Source of the DNA: a virus
Taxonomy: Duplodnaviria; Caudoviricetes
DNA length: 64,000 nt
Strand: one strand, 5' to 3'
Virus record (IMG/VR): IMGVR_UViG_3300029305_002828
Span: 1-64,000 of that record
A model generated the notes under the pieces. That model did no database searches. It was not told the DNA's origin and saw nothing but the letters and a program-made list of their open reading frames with translations. Shown here piece after piece: positions 40,103 to 50,251 of the stretch; position 1 is the first letter of the stretch; each line of letters begins with the position of its first letter. A program made the translations under genes and the position numbers.

Positions 40103-41239
40103 ATGGCTACTAAAACCACAAATAATACTAGTGAAGAAGTAAGAGCTTCAGTATCTTCTATATATGCTGAGTTATTGGCTAAGCGTAGAGAAGAGAAGGA
40201 GGCTAAAGAAGCTAAGAAACGTGAAGAAGAAGCACTTCGTGAACAAGAAAAAGAAGCTAAGAAGTATGATGATGAAGGTAAGAAGATCTCTAAGAAAGAG
40301 CGCCGTGAACAAGAACTTGCTAACTGGCAATCAGTTATCGTAGGTCTTACAGGTGAGGACTTAGAGTATTCAACTGAGACTAAAAAGTCTAAGAAGAAGT
40401 ATAAGAAATGGATTGATGAAGAAAGTGATTCTTCTGTATTAATCCCCAAAGAGAAGAAAGCTAAGAAGAAAAACTATAGTAAAGAATTTGCTCCTGAGCT
40501 TCAAATGTTAAGATCTATTGTAGCAGATCAGAATAGGTTTACTGCAGATCTTCAGAAGAGATTTAACACTATGGCTGGCCCTGCTACTAAGGATGCAATG
40601 CCTCCTAACAAGACTATGGTAGAACTTGCTAGTGTTATTAATGCTGGTCGTTCTAACTCTCTTGGTGTACTTCGAGAGATTGGTAATCTTAAGAAGGTTA
40701 TTGCAGAGCTTTATATTAAACAGCGTAAAGAGGATGCAGCTAATGGTGGTACTGGATTACCTACCGATTTAGCATTAATGGGTTCTGGTATTGCTTCTAG
40801 TCTATTCGCTGATGAACCTATGGGAAGTATGAGTTCATTATCTCAGGTACAGCAGCCTGTTCAAGCACAACCTGGTTGGTCTCCTACTCCTCCAGTAGCA
40901 ACTGCTGTAGCAACACCTGTAATGGCAACTGCTTCTCCAGTTAATAATCCTATGGCTCCTTCTGTTCAGATTCAGGAATTTGATCCTGATTCATGGGAAG
41001 GTCCTGATAATCTAAAATTAAATGCTTCAGTTGAATATGAGACTATTCCTCATCGAGTAGTAGTTGAATTAAATCAAGCTACTCGTGATGTGAGATTCAA
41101 AGCTATTCATAGTGAAACTGGAGAGGAACTTCCTAATTGTCCGGTTCCTACATATGATCCTAGGAATCTAAATCTTAATGAGAAAGATATGATTGCGAAA
41201 GGTCAGTTTGATGAAACGTACAAATTAGAAATCATTTAA
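40103..41239 (+). CDS. Hypothetical protein
   Basis: K/E-rich N-terminus, P/A/Q linker; AAGGAGG RBS. Confidence 0.65.
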   Translation: MATKTTNNTSEEVRASVSSIYAELLAKRREEKEAKEAKKREEEALREQEKEAKKYDDEGKKISKKERREQELANWQSVIVGLTGEDLEYSTETKKSKKKYKKWIDEESDSSVLIPKEKKAKKKNYSKEFAPELQMLRSIVADQNRFTADLQKRFNTMAGPATKDAMPPNKTMVELASVINAGRSNSLGVLREIGNLKKVIAELYIKQRKEDAANGGTGLPTDLALMGSGIASSLFADEPMGSMSSLSQVQQPVQAQPGWSPTPPVATAVATPVMATASPVNNPMAPSVQIQEFDPDSWEGPDNLKLNASVEYETIPHRVVVELNQATRDVRFKAIHSETGEELPNCPVPTYDPRNLNLNEKDMIAKGQFDETYKLEII

Positions 41240-41260
41240 TTTTTGAAAGGAGTGAATGTT

Positions 41261-44200
41261 ATGTACTCGAATATTGAATCGAGACAAATGGATCCACTCC
41301 AGGATTTATTTTCAGATATTAAAAAGATTCTAGAGTTTATGGAAATCAAGGATCAGAGACAAGCTGATGATAATGAAACACAATTCAGTCGAGATATGGC
41401 TGAGATGTGGGTCATGGCTAAAATGGAACAAGATACTTATACTACATATAGGAAGTATTGGACTACCGATATGTTCCAAGAAGTTCTACCGAATGTCAAG
41501 CTTAACAATGTTCGTTATTGGATGAATAATCCTCATAACGTTCCTCTTGATTTCCGTAACATTCTATTGATACGTGGACGTCAAGCCTTTTTAGATTCTT
41601 ATGAAGAGCAGAATGATTATTATAGAATGCTAAATGGTTTACCTCCACATGGAACTCCTCCGTCAGAATTCATATACTTATCTGAACCTATGAGGAATCA
41701 GCTTCATGCATCAACTGATCCTTTACATATGTTATCTCCATTGATTCAGAATAACTATATGGGTACTGATGAATATCAGGAAGTACTTGCAGCTAACCCT
41801 GATAAAAAATATCTGAAGTATCTTGGAATGTATAAGATTGATACATTTACTGCTCGTCGAGCTAAAGATTTCGAAATCATTCGTTACCCATTAAATCGAT
41901 CTGACATCAATCCTAATCTGATAAATGTTTTCTCTTCATTATATGCAGATTATCGTGAATATGTAATGACTACACTTTATAATCCTCAATTTGAAGATCT
42001 ATATACAAACTATAGAACCTTCATGGGTGTGTTAATCACTTCATTCACATTGATGCAGATTTCAAACAAGGGATTAGAATTTGCGAATGCTAGAAAGTTC
42101 CTAGATGACTCAGCTATTCATACAATCTTATCTATGTATAAAATTCCAGATGAGTTATTGATGACTGATGAAGTTAGACGTAACCTTGTTATCAATCTAC
42201 CTACATTAGTACTCAATAAAGGTATGAATGAAGTTTACTATAAACTCGTAGAGATTCTTGGATATGAAGATATTGAGTTTAGTAAACTACTGATGATGAA
42301 GGGTCAGAAATTCAGTAAAGATAATAACTTCAAAGCTGAGAACGATTCTGAACCTTATTTCATTCAGATTGGATTAACTGATGAAAATCCGTATGATACT
42401 ATCAGTAATGGTAATGCTCCTATTCATAGTTACAAAGATATTATTTCAGGAGACCCAACATGGTGGGATCTTCCTGATACACAAAAGATACTGAAAGAAA
42501 GTAATTACACAGTATCTGATTCTAAGTATATTATGATGGAAGCAGTAATCCAACAGATCAAATATCTATTTGAATCAATTTACTTCCCTAGATTGATTCT
42601 TGATAATAAAGAGTTTACCGATACATTTCTTATTGAATTACCAGAAATATTAGGCACTGAAACAGTTTCTATCTTTGATATCATGGTATTCATTATTTCT
42701 GCTACTTGTATGAATAGTGGGATGACTGGTCAAATTATCTCAGAAGAATCTGGGTTACTTGCAACTGCTGGATTCAACTTTGATATGGACTTTGATTCAT
42801 TCACTGAATATATCAATAGCAGTAAATATCTTGATAAGGAAAGAATTGTGTCATTTATAGAGGATCTAACTGTCAGAACTCCTTCTGATATAAATCGTCT
42901 ATATAATGACGTAATGTATCCAATGAGAGAATGGATTGAACGAAAGATTGCTTCTGCAGATACTCGTCAAGAATATATTGAGTATGAAAATATCTATAGG
43001 GCTATGTATACATATGACCTTAATAAGAATCCATTCTTAGCAGATTTTGAACTTCCCATAGAAGTAATCAGGAAGAACTATAATCTTACTGAGGATGAGA
43101 TGACTGCATTTAGACATTTTTATCCTCATAATATGAATGGTACAACTATTACTATTGATGAGTATAGTCCAACTGTAAGTAATACCCGTTATAGTAATCC
43201 ATTCCTTGCCAGAAATCTTCCTGTTGATTGGTGGATCCATATTACTCTTGATACCCCATACGGTATTGATGATAGAGGATATGTATATTTTTATGATATT
43301 CTAAATCATCCCGATCTAAGAGAGTTAACTAACCGTGATGGTTCTAGAGTATTTATGGATTATGAAGATGGAGAGATTGGCTGGCAGATAAATCAGCAAG
43401 CTGTTAATAAAGCTCTCGAGTTAATTGATTTACTTGATGAGGAAATGTTAAACAGTGCATACTTCCAAGTCTTTACTCCAGTTTTAGGAAGCAACGGTAA
43501 ACAATATGAAGCTGGTGAAAAGTTACCTCCTGCTATTAGAACTGGCATCTTTAAGAATATTCTTAAAGATAAAATTCAAATGGATATGCAAGGTTTAGCT
43601 GTTCCTCCTAAAACATATCTAGAATATCTTTATCGCAAGAATGAGAAGCTCTATGATCTTCTAACAAAAGATGATAGATTTAATAGAAACAAAGAAGCTT
43701 GGATGAATGATATTCTTCGTATAGTCCTCGCTGTTGAAACTGAACTAAGTATCCATATGAAGTATCTTGAACAGTCAGTAGTTGGTCAAGAGTTATTCTT
43801 CAAACCTCTAGTAACTCTTATTAATAGATTTAAATCTACAATGGTTAATCTAGCTAGAGTTAGTATGAGACATGTATTTGGAGACAAGTCTGATGCTGGT
43901 GGTAATTCTAATATGTTTAAGTTATTCGATGAACTTGGGTTTACTATTAGATTTACTATGTTCGCAAATAAAGATCATGATGCATCTTTTGGATTATATG
44001 ATACAGAACATTTGATGAAGTATCATCTTATTCTAAAAGATAGATCTGAAATGTTCACACAGACTATTGGATATGGATTTGCAGCAGAGACTAGGGATAC
44101 TACAATGGGATCCATTTGTATGAGTGATGAAATTAAATTCTTTAAGAATGGAGAGCCTATTGATCCGGATGGTCAACATCCTTCTTGGTATACTGGTGAT

Positions 44201-44332
44201 CCTGGTACAGGTAGATGGGATCAGGAGCATGATATCCTTATGAGAATAAGAAAAGGTACTGCTAATATAAAGAATCTACCTGTAGACCTTGATGGATGGC
44301 AAGACTTTGTCGAATCTTATAATGCTGAATAA
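41261..44332 (+). CDS. Large probable virion structural protein
   Basis: YEEQNDYYRMLNGLP motif recalled from phiKZ-related structural proteins; about 1023 aa. Confidence 0.6.
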   Translation: MYSNIESRQMDPLQDLFSDIKKILEFMEIKDQRQADDNETQFSRDMAEMWVMAKMEQDTYTTYRKYWTTDMFQEVLPNVKLNNVRYWMNNPHNVPLDFRNILLIRGRQAFLDSYEEQNDYYRMLNGLPPHGTPPSEFIYLSEPMRNQLHASTDPLHMLSPLIQNNYMGTDEYQEVLAANPDKKYLKYLGMYKIDTFTARRAKDFEIIRYPLNRSDINPNLINVFSSLYADYREYVMTTLYNPQFEDLYTNYRTFMGVLITSFTLMQISNKGLEFANARKFLDDSAIHTILSMYKIPDELLMTDEVRRNLVINLPTLVLNKGMNEVYYKLVEILGYEDIEFSKLLMMKGQKFSKDNNFKAENDSEPYFIQIGLTDENPYDTISNGNAPIHSYKDIISGDPTWWDLPDTQKILKESNYTVSDSKYIMMEAVIQQIKYLFESIYFPRLILDNKEFTDTFLIELPEILGTETVSIFDIMVFIISATCMNSGMTGQIISEESGLLATAGFNFDMDFDSFTEYINSSKYLDKERIVSFIEDLTVRTPSDINRLYNDVMYPMREWIERKIASADTRQEYIEYENIYRAMYTYDLNKNPFLADFELPIEVIRKNYNLTEDEMTAFRHFYPHNMNGTTITIDEYSPTVSNTRYSNPFLARNLPVDWWIHITLDTPYGIDDRGYVYFYDILNHPDLRELTNRDGSRVFMDYEDGEIGWQINQQAVNKALELIDLLDEEMLNSAYFQVFTPVLGSNGKQYEAGEKLPPAIRTGIFKNILKDKIQMDMQGLAVPPKTYLEYLYRKNEKLYDLLTKDDRFNRNKEAWMNDILRIVLAVETELSIHMKYLEQSVVGQELFFKPLVTLINRFKSTMVNLARVSMRHVFGDKSDAGGNSNMFKLFDELGFTIRFTMFANKDHDASFGLYDTEHLMKYHLILKDRSEMFTQTIGYGFAAETRDTTMGSICMSDEIKFFKNGEPIDPDGQHPSWYTGDPGTGRWDQEHDILMRIRKGTANIKNLPVDLDGWQDFVESYNAE

Positions 44333-44373
44333 AACAAAAAAATATAGAGCCCGAATCATCGGGCTCTATATTT

Positions 44374-44997
44374 TTATAACTGCCTAACATGCCTACGTTC
44401 CTGTTTACGTCTTGAATCACATATCCTTCCCCATACTTCATATTGGAACCACTCGATGATTCCTTCTTTATAAGTATGAAGTTTATAGGTTCCAGTATAA
44501 TCGAATTTTGTTACTGGAATCTTAATATGTTTATTGATAAACCTAAACACTGGTTTGAAAGCAATGTTCTTAGAATCTGGATAATACCATTTTGGTTTGC
44601 GAGTAGAGATATAGAAATCTGGAATATAGTAATACATTCTCTTGAATTGACTAGAAGTTGGATCTACGTACATAGTAACTCCCATCATTTTTACTACTGC
44701 CCATGTATGTTGAACAGGCCATAGACAAGAGTTAAGTCTAGGAGAATGTTTTTGTTCACCATGAATTCCATGACAATCAATACTCATATCATGCTCTTCA
44801 GCATATTTTCTTAATTTGAGAATGAGTAAGTCAACTGACATGTCACATAACCCTGTATAGTTTTCACACTCTCCTCGATATACATTATATTGCTTTGCAA
44901 GTTCTTTGCGTACTTCCATCACAATATTGTATAAAATACTACTAACGTGTTCTTCAGTACTGTTTTTGAATTTTAAGCCTATACTATCAGATTTCAA
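44374..44997 (-). CDS. Transglutaminase/papain-like fold protein
   Basis: TGLCD...QHTWAVV...MYVDPT Cys-His-Asp triad. Confidence 0.6.
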   Translation of the reverse strand: MKSDSIGLKFKNSTEEHVSSILYNIVMEVRKELAKQYNVYRGECENYTGLCDMSVDLLILKLRKYAEEHDMSIDCHGIHGEQKHSPRLNSCLWPVQHTWAVVKMMGVTMYVDPTSSQFKRMYYYIPDFYISTRKPKWYYPDSKNIAFKPVFRFINKHIKIPVTKFDYTGTYKLHTYKEGIIEWFQYEVWGRICDSRRKQERRHVRQL

Positions 44998-45032
44998 GTT
45001 ATCATACTCCTTTCTTGTTAAAATGGAGTATC

Positions 45033-45194
45033 TTATTCAGTAAAATACTCCAGTTGCTGTTCCTTATTTTTATTACCATCTTCGGTAATGGGATTCTCTT
45101 TTTGTTTAATGGGATCATATTTATCTCCCAGTCCTGTTCGTAGCTTCAGATCATTGTTTACATTTGCAGGGATTTTAATCTTCTTCTCTTCCAT
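45033..45194 (-). CDS. 53-aa hypothetical protein (not in the ORF track)
   Basis: MEEKKIKIPANVNNDLKLRTG...; AAGGAG RBS; fills the operon gap. Confidence 0.5.
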   Translation of the reverse strand: MEEKKIKIPANVNNDLKLRTGLGDKYDPIKQKENPITEDGNKNKEQQLEYFTE

Positions 45195-45348
45195 TTGTGA
45201 ACAACTCCTTATCTTTTATAATTTTCTTTTTATCGATTTTAACCATATGGGCATACCGACCTGCTTTAATAACACCCTTCCGGATGTCTAATATAATCTT
45301 ATCAAAGCCTTGATTATGATACTCTTCGTATCTATCAATACATCTCAT
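45175..45348 (-). CDS. Small hypothetical protein
   Basis: AAGGAGG RBS; promoter motif at 45389-45401. Confidence 0.5.
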   Translation of the reverse strand: MRCIDRYEEYHNQGFDKIILDIRKGVIKAGRYAHMVKIDKKKIIKDKELFTNGREED

Positions 45349-45459
45349 ATAAATATTAACCTCCTTATTTAGCATCTGTGTTATATATAGAATATATAAT
45401 TACAGCAGAACTCGAAGTTAATGCAATATATTTAATATAATAGAAAGGTGGATTTTGTT

Positions 45460-46575
45460 ATGAATACGTCTTTTTCATTAACGATGGTTGATGATGTTAT
45501 CCTTCATAATATGATTAATAGTAAAGAATTCAAAGAGTTTTCTAATTCATTGGATTATTTGGATACTTTATTCAATGAAAGTCTTATCACTGAAAAGGTT
45601 AATGATACAACTCCTAATGCAGGTAAGTTCTTTGGTGCAGTAAAGAAAAATACAGTTGATACAACCAAAGATGTAGTTAAGGTATATGGTGACGTTGTAT
45701 CTGGTAATGCAAATGTGATTAAAGCTACTTGGGATTTAGCTGTTAAATCAATTGGTTTTATTGCCAAAGCACTAAAGTATGTTTTAAATAAGATATCTAA
45801 TATTCCAAGAATGATTCTTAAGTTAGGTGCTAAAATAAGTGACTTAAGTCTTGATGTAAGAGCAAAAATTTCTGGTAATATAACTCTACATGTCACTGCT
45901 TCTGATATTGAATTGATATATAACCATCACTTGATGCGTAGATTAATAGCATATGTTGGATATGCTTCATCCCTTTCTAAAGGGGATTTCTGGTCAACTC
46001 TTACACATCGTCGTAAAGCTGAGAGTGATGGTAAAGGAGTTAAAGATAAGATTCACGATTTAGTTGTTAGTGAAAATGATATAAAGACATGTAAGAAGAT
46101 GTCTTCTGAGTTTGCTCATATTAAGAATACTGAATTTAGACGTACTATAATTGATCTTCGAGATAAAACTAATGTTAATATTTACTTTGGCGCAGAAAAG
46201 ATGATTAAGTTTACTGATATTTATGGTAAGAAATATGAGGCTTCTTATACCGAGGCATTAGCTAAAATTATAGAAGATCTTGAAGCTAAACGTAAAGAAA
46301 TAGAAGATCTTCATCAAGCTATCGGTGAGAAGCTTCATTCCACTGAAGTAAATCAAGCATATAATCATCTTAGCGGTCATGCAAAGTATATATTAACTAA
46401 TACAATTCTTGAGATCTCTAAAGTGTCTGGGATTATTGGAAACTTTATTAAGTATATATTACTAGATATCAATACTATTAATGAAAATCTTGATAAGATT
46501 ATTGGTATCAGTCGTGGTAAACTTGCTAATGCTAAAGAAAAAGAGAGATCTAAAAATATACCTAATCAGAAATAA
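45460..46575 (+). CDS. Basic helical protein, possible internal head protein
   Basis: Acidic N-terminal segment ending near LITE followed by a Lys-rich helical body, as in protease-processed jumbo-phage head proteins (inference). Confidence 0.45.
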   Translation: MNTSFSLTMVDDVILHNMINSKEFKEFSNSLDYLDTLFNESLITEKVNDTTPNAGKFFGAVKKNTVDTTKDVVKVYGDVVSGNANVIKATWDLAVKSIGFIAKALKYVLNKISNIPRMILKLGAKISDLSLDVRAKISGNITLHVTASDIELIYNHHLMRRLIAYVGYASSLSKGDFWSTLTHRRKAESDGKGVKDKIHDLVVSENDIKTCKKMSSEFAHIKNTEFRRTIIDLRDKTNVNIYFGAEKMIKFTDIYGKKYEASYTEALAKIIEDLEAKRKEIEDLHQAIGEKLHSTEVNQAYNHLSGHAKYILTNTILEISKVSGIIGNFIKYILLDINTINENLDKIIGISRGKLANAKEKERSKNIPNQK

Positions 46576-46612
46576 TATATTGGGTGAGGGACAGTCCCTC
46601 ACCCAATATTAT

Positions 46613-47320
46613 TTACTTACTCTCTTCAGGAATTATGTTTAATCCTGTATTGACAAGTTCCTTTGCCAGATTCTCAATGGATTTACTCATGCTATAGGAC
46701 CATTTTTCAATTGTCATTCTTCTTGCATTATTATGAATCTCATCCTTCATGAGTTCAGTAATCTCTTCAGGATGTTTTTCAATATAATTAGTAGCTGTAC
46801 GTTCGAGAGCCCACTGAATTCCTCTACCGAAACACTGTGCATCTTCATCACCGACGAGAGGGACATCTGCGGTGATAGTCTTACGGAATATCTCAATCAT
46901 CTGATCATGATACTCATTAATCATATCTGCTGCATATTTGTCAACAATCTCTTTGAGAACCTGTACAGGAATACTTCCACAAAAATCACTACGGTTATTG
47001 AATACATCATCCAAGAATGAATTTACCTTGGATTCATATATCTTCCTAGCAACATCTTTCATCTCATTTACAGAGAGATAGTTGGTAATATCGAAACGAT
47101 CTTCGAGATTAATACTACCAGGACAATACTCTCTGCAATCCTCAGCTTGAACAGTGATCTCTAACTTATTGACAGTATCTTCATCACTGTCATCAATCTC
47201 CATGACATAGTCAATGAGACCGCAAGGAAGATGTTTAATCTCCTTTACTTCTGCAATCCAACCTCTCCATTTACCTCGTATGATGAGAAGTTTATTTCCA
47301 ACATGCGTTATAGCTGACAT
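46613..47320 (-). CDS. Hypothetical protein with a KOW-like N-terminus
   Basis: VGNKLLIIRGKWRGWIAEVKEI. Confidence 0.55.
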   Translation of the reverse strand: MSAITHVGNKLLIIRGKWRGWIAEVKEIKHLPCGLIDYVMEIDDSDEDTVNKLEITVQAEDCREYCPGSINLEDRFDITNYLSVNEMKDVARKIYESKVNSFLDDVFNNRSDFCGSIPVQVLKEIVDKYAADMINEYHDQMIEIFRKTITADVPLVGDEDAQCFGRGIQWALERTATNYIEKHPEEITELMKDEIHNNARRMTIEKWSYSMSKSIENLAKELVNTGLNIIPEESK

Positions 47321-47715
47321 TTGCTTTCCTCCTCCGGATTATGTCCTATGAAATTTATCTTGTTTCCTATGAATGAAGGAATTAAATCCTTCACATCTGC
47401 TTTATAACAACCAATTGCGCATTCATCTACAATTGCAGTAGATTTATAGAATTCGATATGGATGATTTCCCAAAGATTTCCATTAGGTATAACTTCAATA
47501 CACCCTCTAGTTGCTCCAGGAACTCTAAAAGGAATGTACCATTTACCAGAATGATCTTCAGGAGGCATCATATATGTTTTCATCCACTGATCATATGGAG
47601 GTCCCAACTCAGACTGATAAATCTGATATAGATCAAACATATCTGTGATACTACATTGATATTCATCATCATGGTTAGGTCTAATCCTAACATCAATAAT
47701 AGCATCAGGATCCAT
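47308..47715 (-). CDS. Hypothetical protein
   Basis: Overlapping operon arrangement, RBS. Confidence 0.6.
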   Translation of the reverse strand: MDPDAIIDVRIRPNHDDEYQCSITDMFDLYQIYQSELGPPYDQWMKTYMMPPEDHSGKWYIPFRVPGATRGCIEVIPNGNLWEIIHIEFYKSTAIVDECAIGCYKADVKDLIPSFIGNKINFIGHNPEEESKCQL

Positions 47716-48179
47716 TAATCTTCCTCCTTAAATAATTTATCCCAATAAGAAATCTTATCGACCATATTGTCTCCTCGTTCATCCTTTTGGGAATCCCACA
47801 TTTCTTCAAGCTTTTTGTTTTCCTCTGGAATAATGCTTAATGGAAATGACATCGGATATGTTAAAGAGAAATCAGATGGAGTTATAGCATATCCATAAGG
47901 GATGGCACCTCTATTTTCAAAAATTGTTTCAAGAATATGATAGTATGTGACAATGGCCATTCCAGGATTGCCACCAGAACACATTGAAATGATATATCCA
48001 AGTTCAACAGGAATCTTTACATCATATGCCTCGGTTCTCTTAAAGATAATCTTAGAGATGAATTCATCCTCATCATTGGTGATATATTTCTGGGTTCCGG
48101 GCTTCATTTCATTTAAACCCCACATTATGAGTAGTCTAGAACATAACTCACTAGCGGACATCTGGTTCAGATCTTTCAT
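47715..48179 (-). CDS. Hypothetical protein
   Basis: Operon arrangement, GAGGAGG RBS. Confidence 0.6.
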   Translation of the reverse strand: MKDLNQMSASELCSRLLIMWGLNEMKPGTQKYITNDEDEFISKIIFKRTEAYDVKIPVELGYIISMCSGGNPGMAIVTYYHILETIFENRGAIPYGYAITPSDFSLTYPMSFPLSIIPEENKKLEEMWDSQKDERGDNMVDKISYWDKLFKEED

Positions 48180-48182
48180 TTA

Positions 48183-48413
48183 TTATTCCTCCTCAAGTGT
48201 TATAGGTACAACCTTAAATGTATTTTGCTGGATTTGCTCTTTCATATTTGCTTTAAACTTTTGGAGATATGGGCATGTAAACCCATCTTCTCCAATTTTA
48301 CATGTATCCCTATTTCGAGATATTCCGCATTCACCTTTCCTAGTATCAGGTGATACTTTATAGAAGAAGCAATCATCTGGTTTAGATGGCATCTCAGTGA
48401 CAATAAATTTCAT
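48183..48413 (-). CDS. Small 4-Cys protein (paralog of the next gene)
   Basis: MKFIVTEMPSKPDDC...C...CKIGEDGFTCPYLQKFKA. Confidence 0.7.
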   Translation of the reverse strand: MKFIVTEMPSKPDDCFFYKVSPDTRKGECGISRNRDTCKIGEDGFTCPYLQKFKANMKEQIQQNTFKVVPITLEEE

Positions 48414-48415
48414 AT

Positions 48416-48670
48416 TTACTTTTCTCCTAAATATACAGGAATATCAGTTGCTCCAATAACTGAATCTCCTTGATAGTGATGCTTGAAGGCATGAGCTTTA
48501 AATTTCATCAAATGGGGACACTCAAATCCTTCTTTACCTATTTTACATTCGAAATATGGCTCTCTAGAAAGCATACAACTATCAATGCTCCTAGTAAATG
48601 GATCAGTGAAATAATTGTGAAATGAACATTCATGAGGGTTTTCAGGTATTTCATCTACGATTATTTTCAT
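48416..48670 (-). CDS. Small 4-Cys protein (paralog of the previous gene)
   Basis: MKIIVDEIPENPHEC...C...CKIGKEGFECPHLMKFKA. Confidence 0.7.
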   Translation of the reverse strand: MKIIVDEIPENPHECSFHNYFTDPFTRSIDSCMLSREPYFECKIGKEGFECPHLMKFKAHAFKHHYQGDSVIGATDIPVYLGEK

Positions 48671-49053
48671 TATTCTGCCTCCACTTTAAGACCACAAGTA
48701 GCTTCAAACTTGATACCAACTGAACTATGTTTATCCATAAGACGTTTATTGAATTCCTGAACAAGTTCTGCATCGGTGATATGCTCAATGATACTAAATG
48801 GGGTTTCCCTATATTTATCAATACCACCATTCTGGAAAGCCCAATGAATTAATAGATTCAGTCGATCATCGTCAGAAAGTTCACAAACTTTCTTCTTATA
48901 GATATCATCAATTTTATCTTCAGTAATGTATTTATGAATTATATGAATTGCACCATTATTAGAATACCTGAATAGGTATCTAATAAACTCCATAAATTCA
49001 TTATAAGTATCACTGTTTACTTTTTTAACAATCTTCTTGTAATCATCATTCAT
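48670..49053 (-). CDS. Hypothetical protein
   Basis: Operon arrangement, AAGGAGG RBS. Confidence 0.6.
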   Translation of the reverse strand: MNDDYKKIVKKVNSDTYNEFMEFIRYLFRYSNNGAIHIIHKYITEDKIDDIYKKKVCELSDDDRLNLLIHWAFQNGGIDKYRETPFSIIEHITDAELVQEFNKRLMDKHSSVGIKFEATCGLKVEAE

Positions 49054-49819
49054 TTATGATCTCCTCCTTTTGTGATTCATTATGATTGTTTTCATGAGAC
49101 AATACTTCCTCATAGTGTTTAACAGGAATACCTCTAAGTTTACAGAAATCAATCTCTTCTTGAGTATTCTCACCAACATACCCATCTTCAGCAATAAGTA
49201 TTACATAATCAGATGCAAGCATCTTTTGACGATGAAGTTCATCATAAACTTTATGTTGAGAAGGAGTTAGTGCGAACTCAGGAGTGAAGAATAGAGGATG
49301 CTTGAATATAGCAGGTGTCAATACAATAAATCCTTTTTGAGATAGAGTAGTTTCAACCATCTCAAATGTATTCTTGAATTTACCACTGCCAATCAATGTC
49401 ACAACAGGGAAAGTTTGGATAGGTTCAAGATATTCAATCTCAATATATTTATGACTGGTCGCATACTCAATCTCTTTTTGAGTACTATTTCCAATATAAC
49501 CTTCTTTGTTGATAACAAAGATCATATCAGAACGATCAATTCTTTTGAACTGAATATCTAGTAACTTCTTATGACGGGTTTCTTTTTCTTCTTGAGTCAT
49601 ATCTTCACTCATAGGTTGTCTGAATGGAGTGAGCACAATATGACCCTGCTCAGTAAGAATGGCTCCTATTCTTAAGAATTCATTCCAGTATTTCATACTA
49701 CCGCAAAGTGTAATAACCTTACTAGTAGATCTTCCAGGATCACTGGTTGGATCTACCATTGCTCGATTGAAATCTGGTTTGTTGACAATAGTTTCTTTGT
49801 TTTGACTGTTAACCCACAT
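49046..49819 (-). CDS. Tandem nucleoside-2-deoxyribosyltransferase-like domain protein
   Basis: Two copies of TLxGS...GxIVLTP...SDx(I/V)...GY(I/V)GxxTQxEI. Confidence 0.65.
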   Translation of the reverse strand: MWVNSQNKETIVNKPDFNRAMVDPTSDPGRSTSKVITLCGSMKYWNEFLRIGAILTEQGHIVLTPFRQPMSEDMTQEEKETRHKKLLDIQFKRIDRSDMIFVINKEGYIGNSTQKEIEYATSHKYIEIEYLEPIQTFPVVTLIGSGKFKNTFEMVETTLSQKGFIVLTPAIFKHPLFFTPEFALTPSQHKVYDELHRQKMLASDYVILIAEDGYVGENTQEEIDFCKLRGIPVKHYEEVLSHENNHNESQKEEIINE

Positions 49820-49833
49820 ATGTTATACCTCCT

Positions 49834-50172
49834 TTAATAATTCCATGCGACTCTTGCAGACAACTCAGTACGATGTACAATAGAAGGATCATAATTAACA
49901 TGACCACATCCATAACAGTGATAGCCGAAGCTTCCATCTTCATATGTTATAAGAGTTGGAAGACTTCCACATTTAGAGCATTTCTTAATTTTGGAATCAA
50001 ATAGCTGCTCATCAGTAGTATCACTTTCTTTACGTAACCACTCAATGAAATCATCTACAGACGAACTCAAGAGTCTTCCATTTGCATAAAGTGCATATTG
50101 TTGCAGCTGTTTATACACATATGCAAACTCCTCTGGGCTACTTAGTTCCATAAGTTTGTCAAAGTTTCTCAT
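49834..50172 (-). CDS. Protein with a C-terminal Lar (restriction alleviation)-like Zn domain
   Basis: KKCSKCGS...YHCYGCG...ELSARVAWN. Confidence 0.55.
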   Translation of the reverse strand: MRNFDKLMELSSPEEFAYVYKQLQQYALYANGRLLSSSVDDFIEWLRKESDTTDEQLFDSKIKKCSKCGSLPTLITYEDGSFGYHCYGCGHVNYDPSIVHRTELSARVAWNY

Positions 50173-50251
50173 TTTACATTCCTCCATAATTTATATAAAT
50201 AAAATAACGTCATAATATAATTTTAATAAATATGCAAGGGAGGTATTAGTT

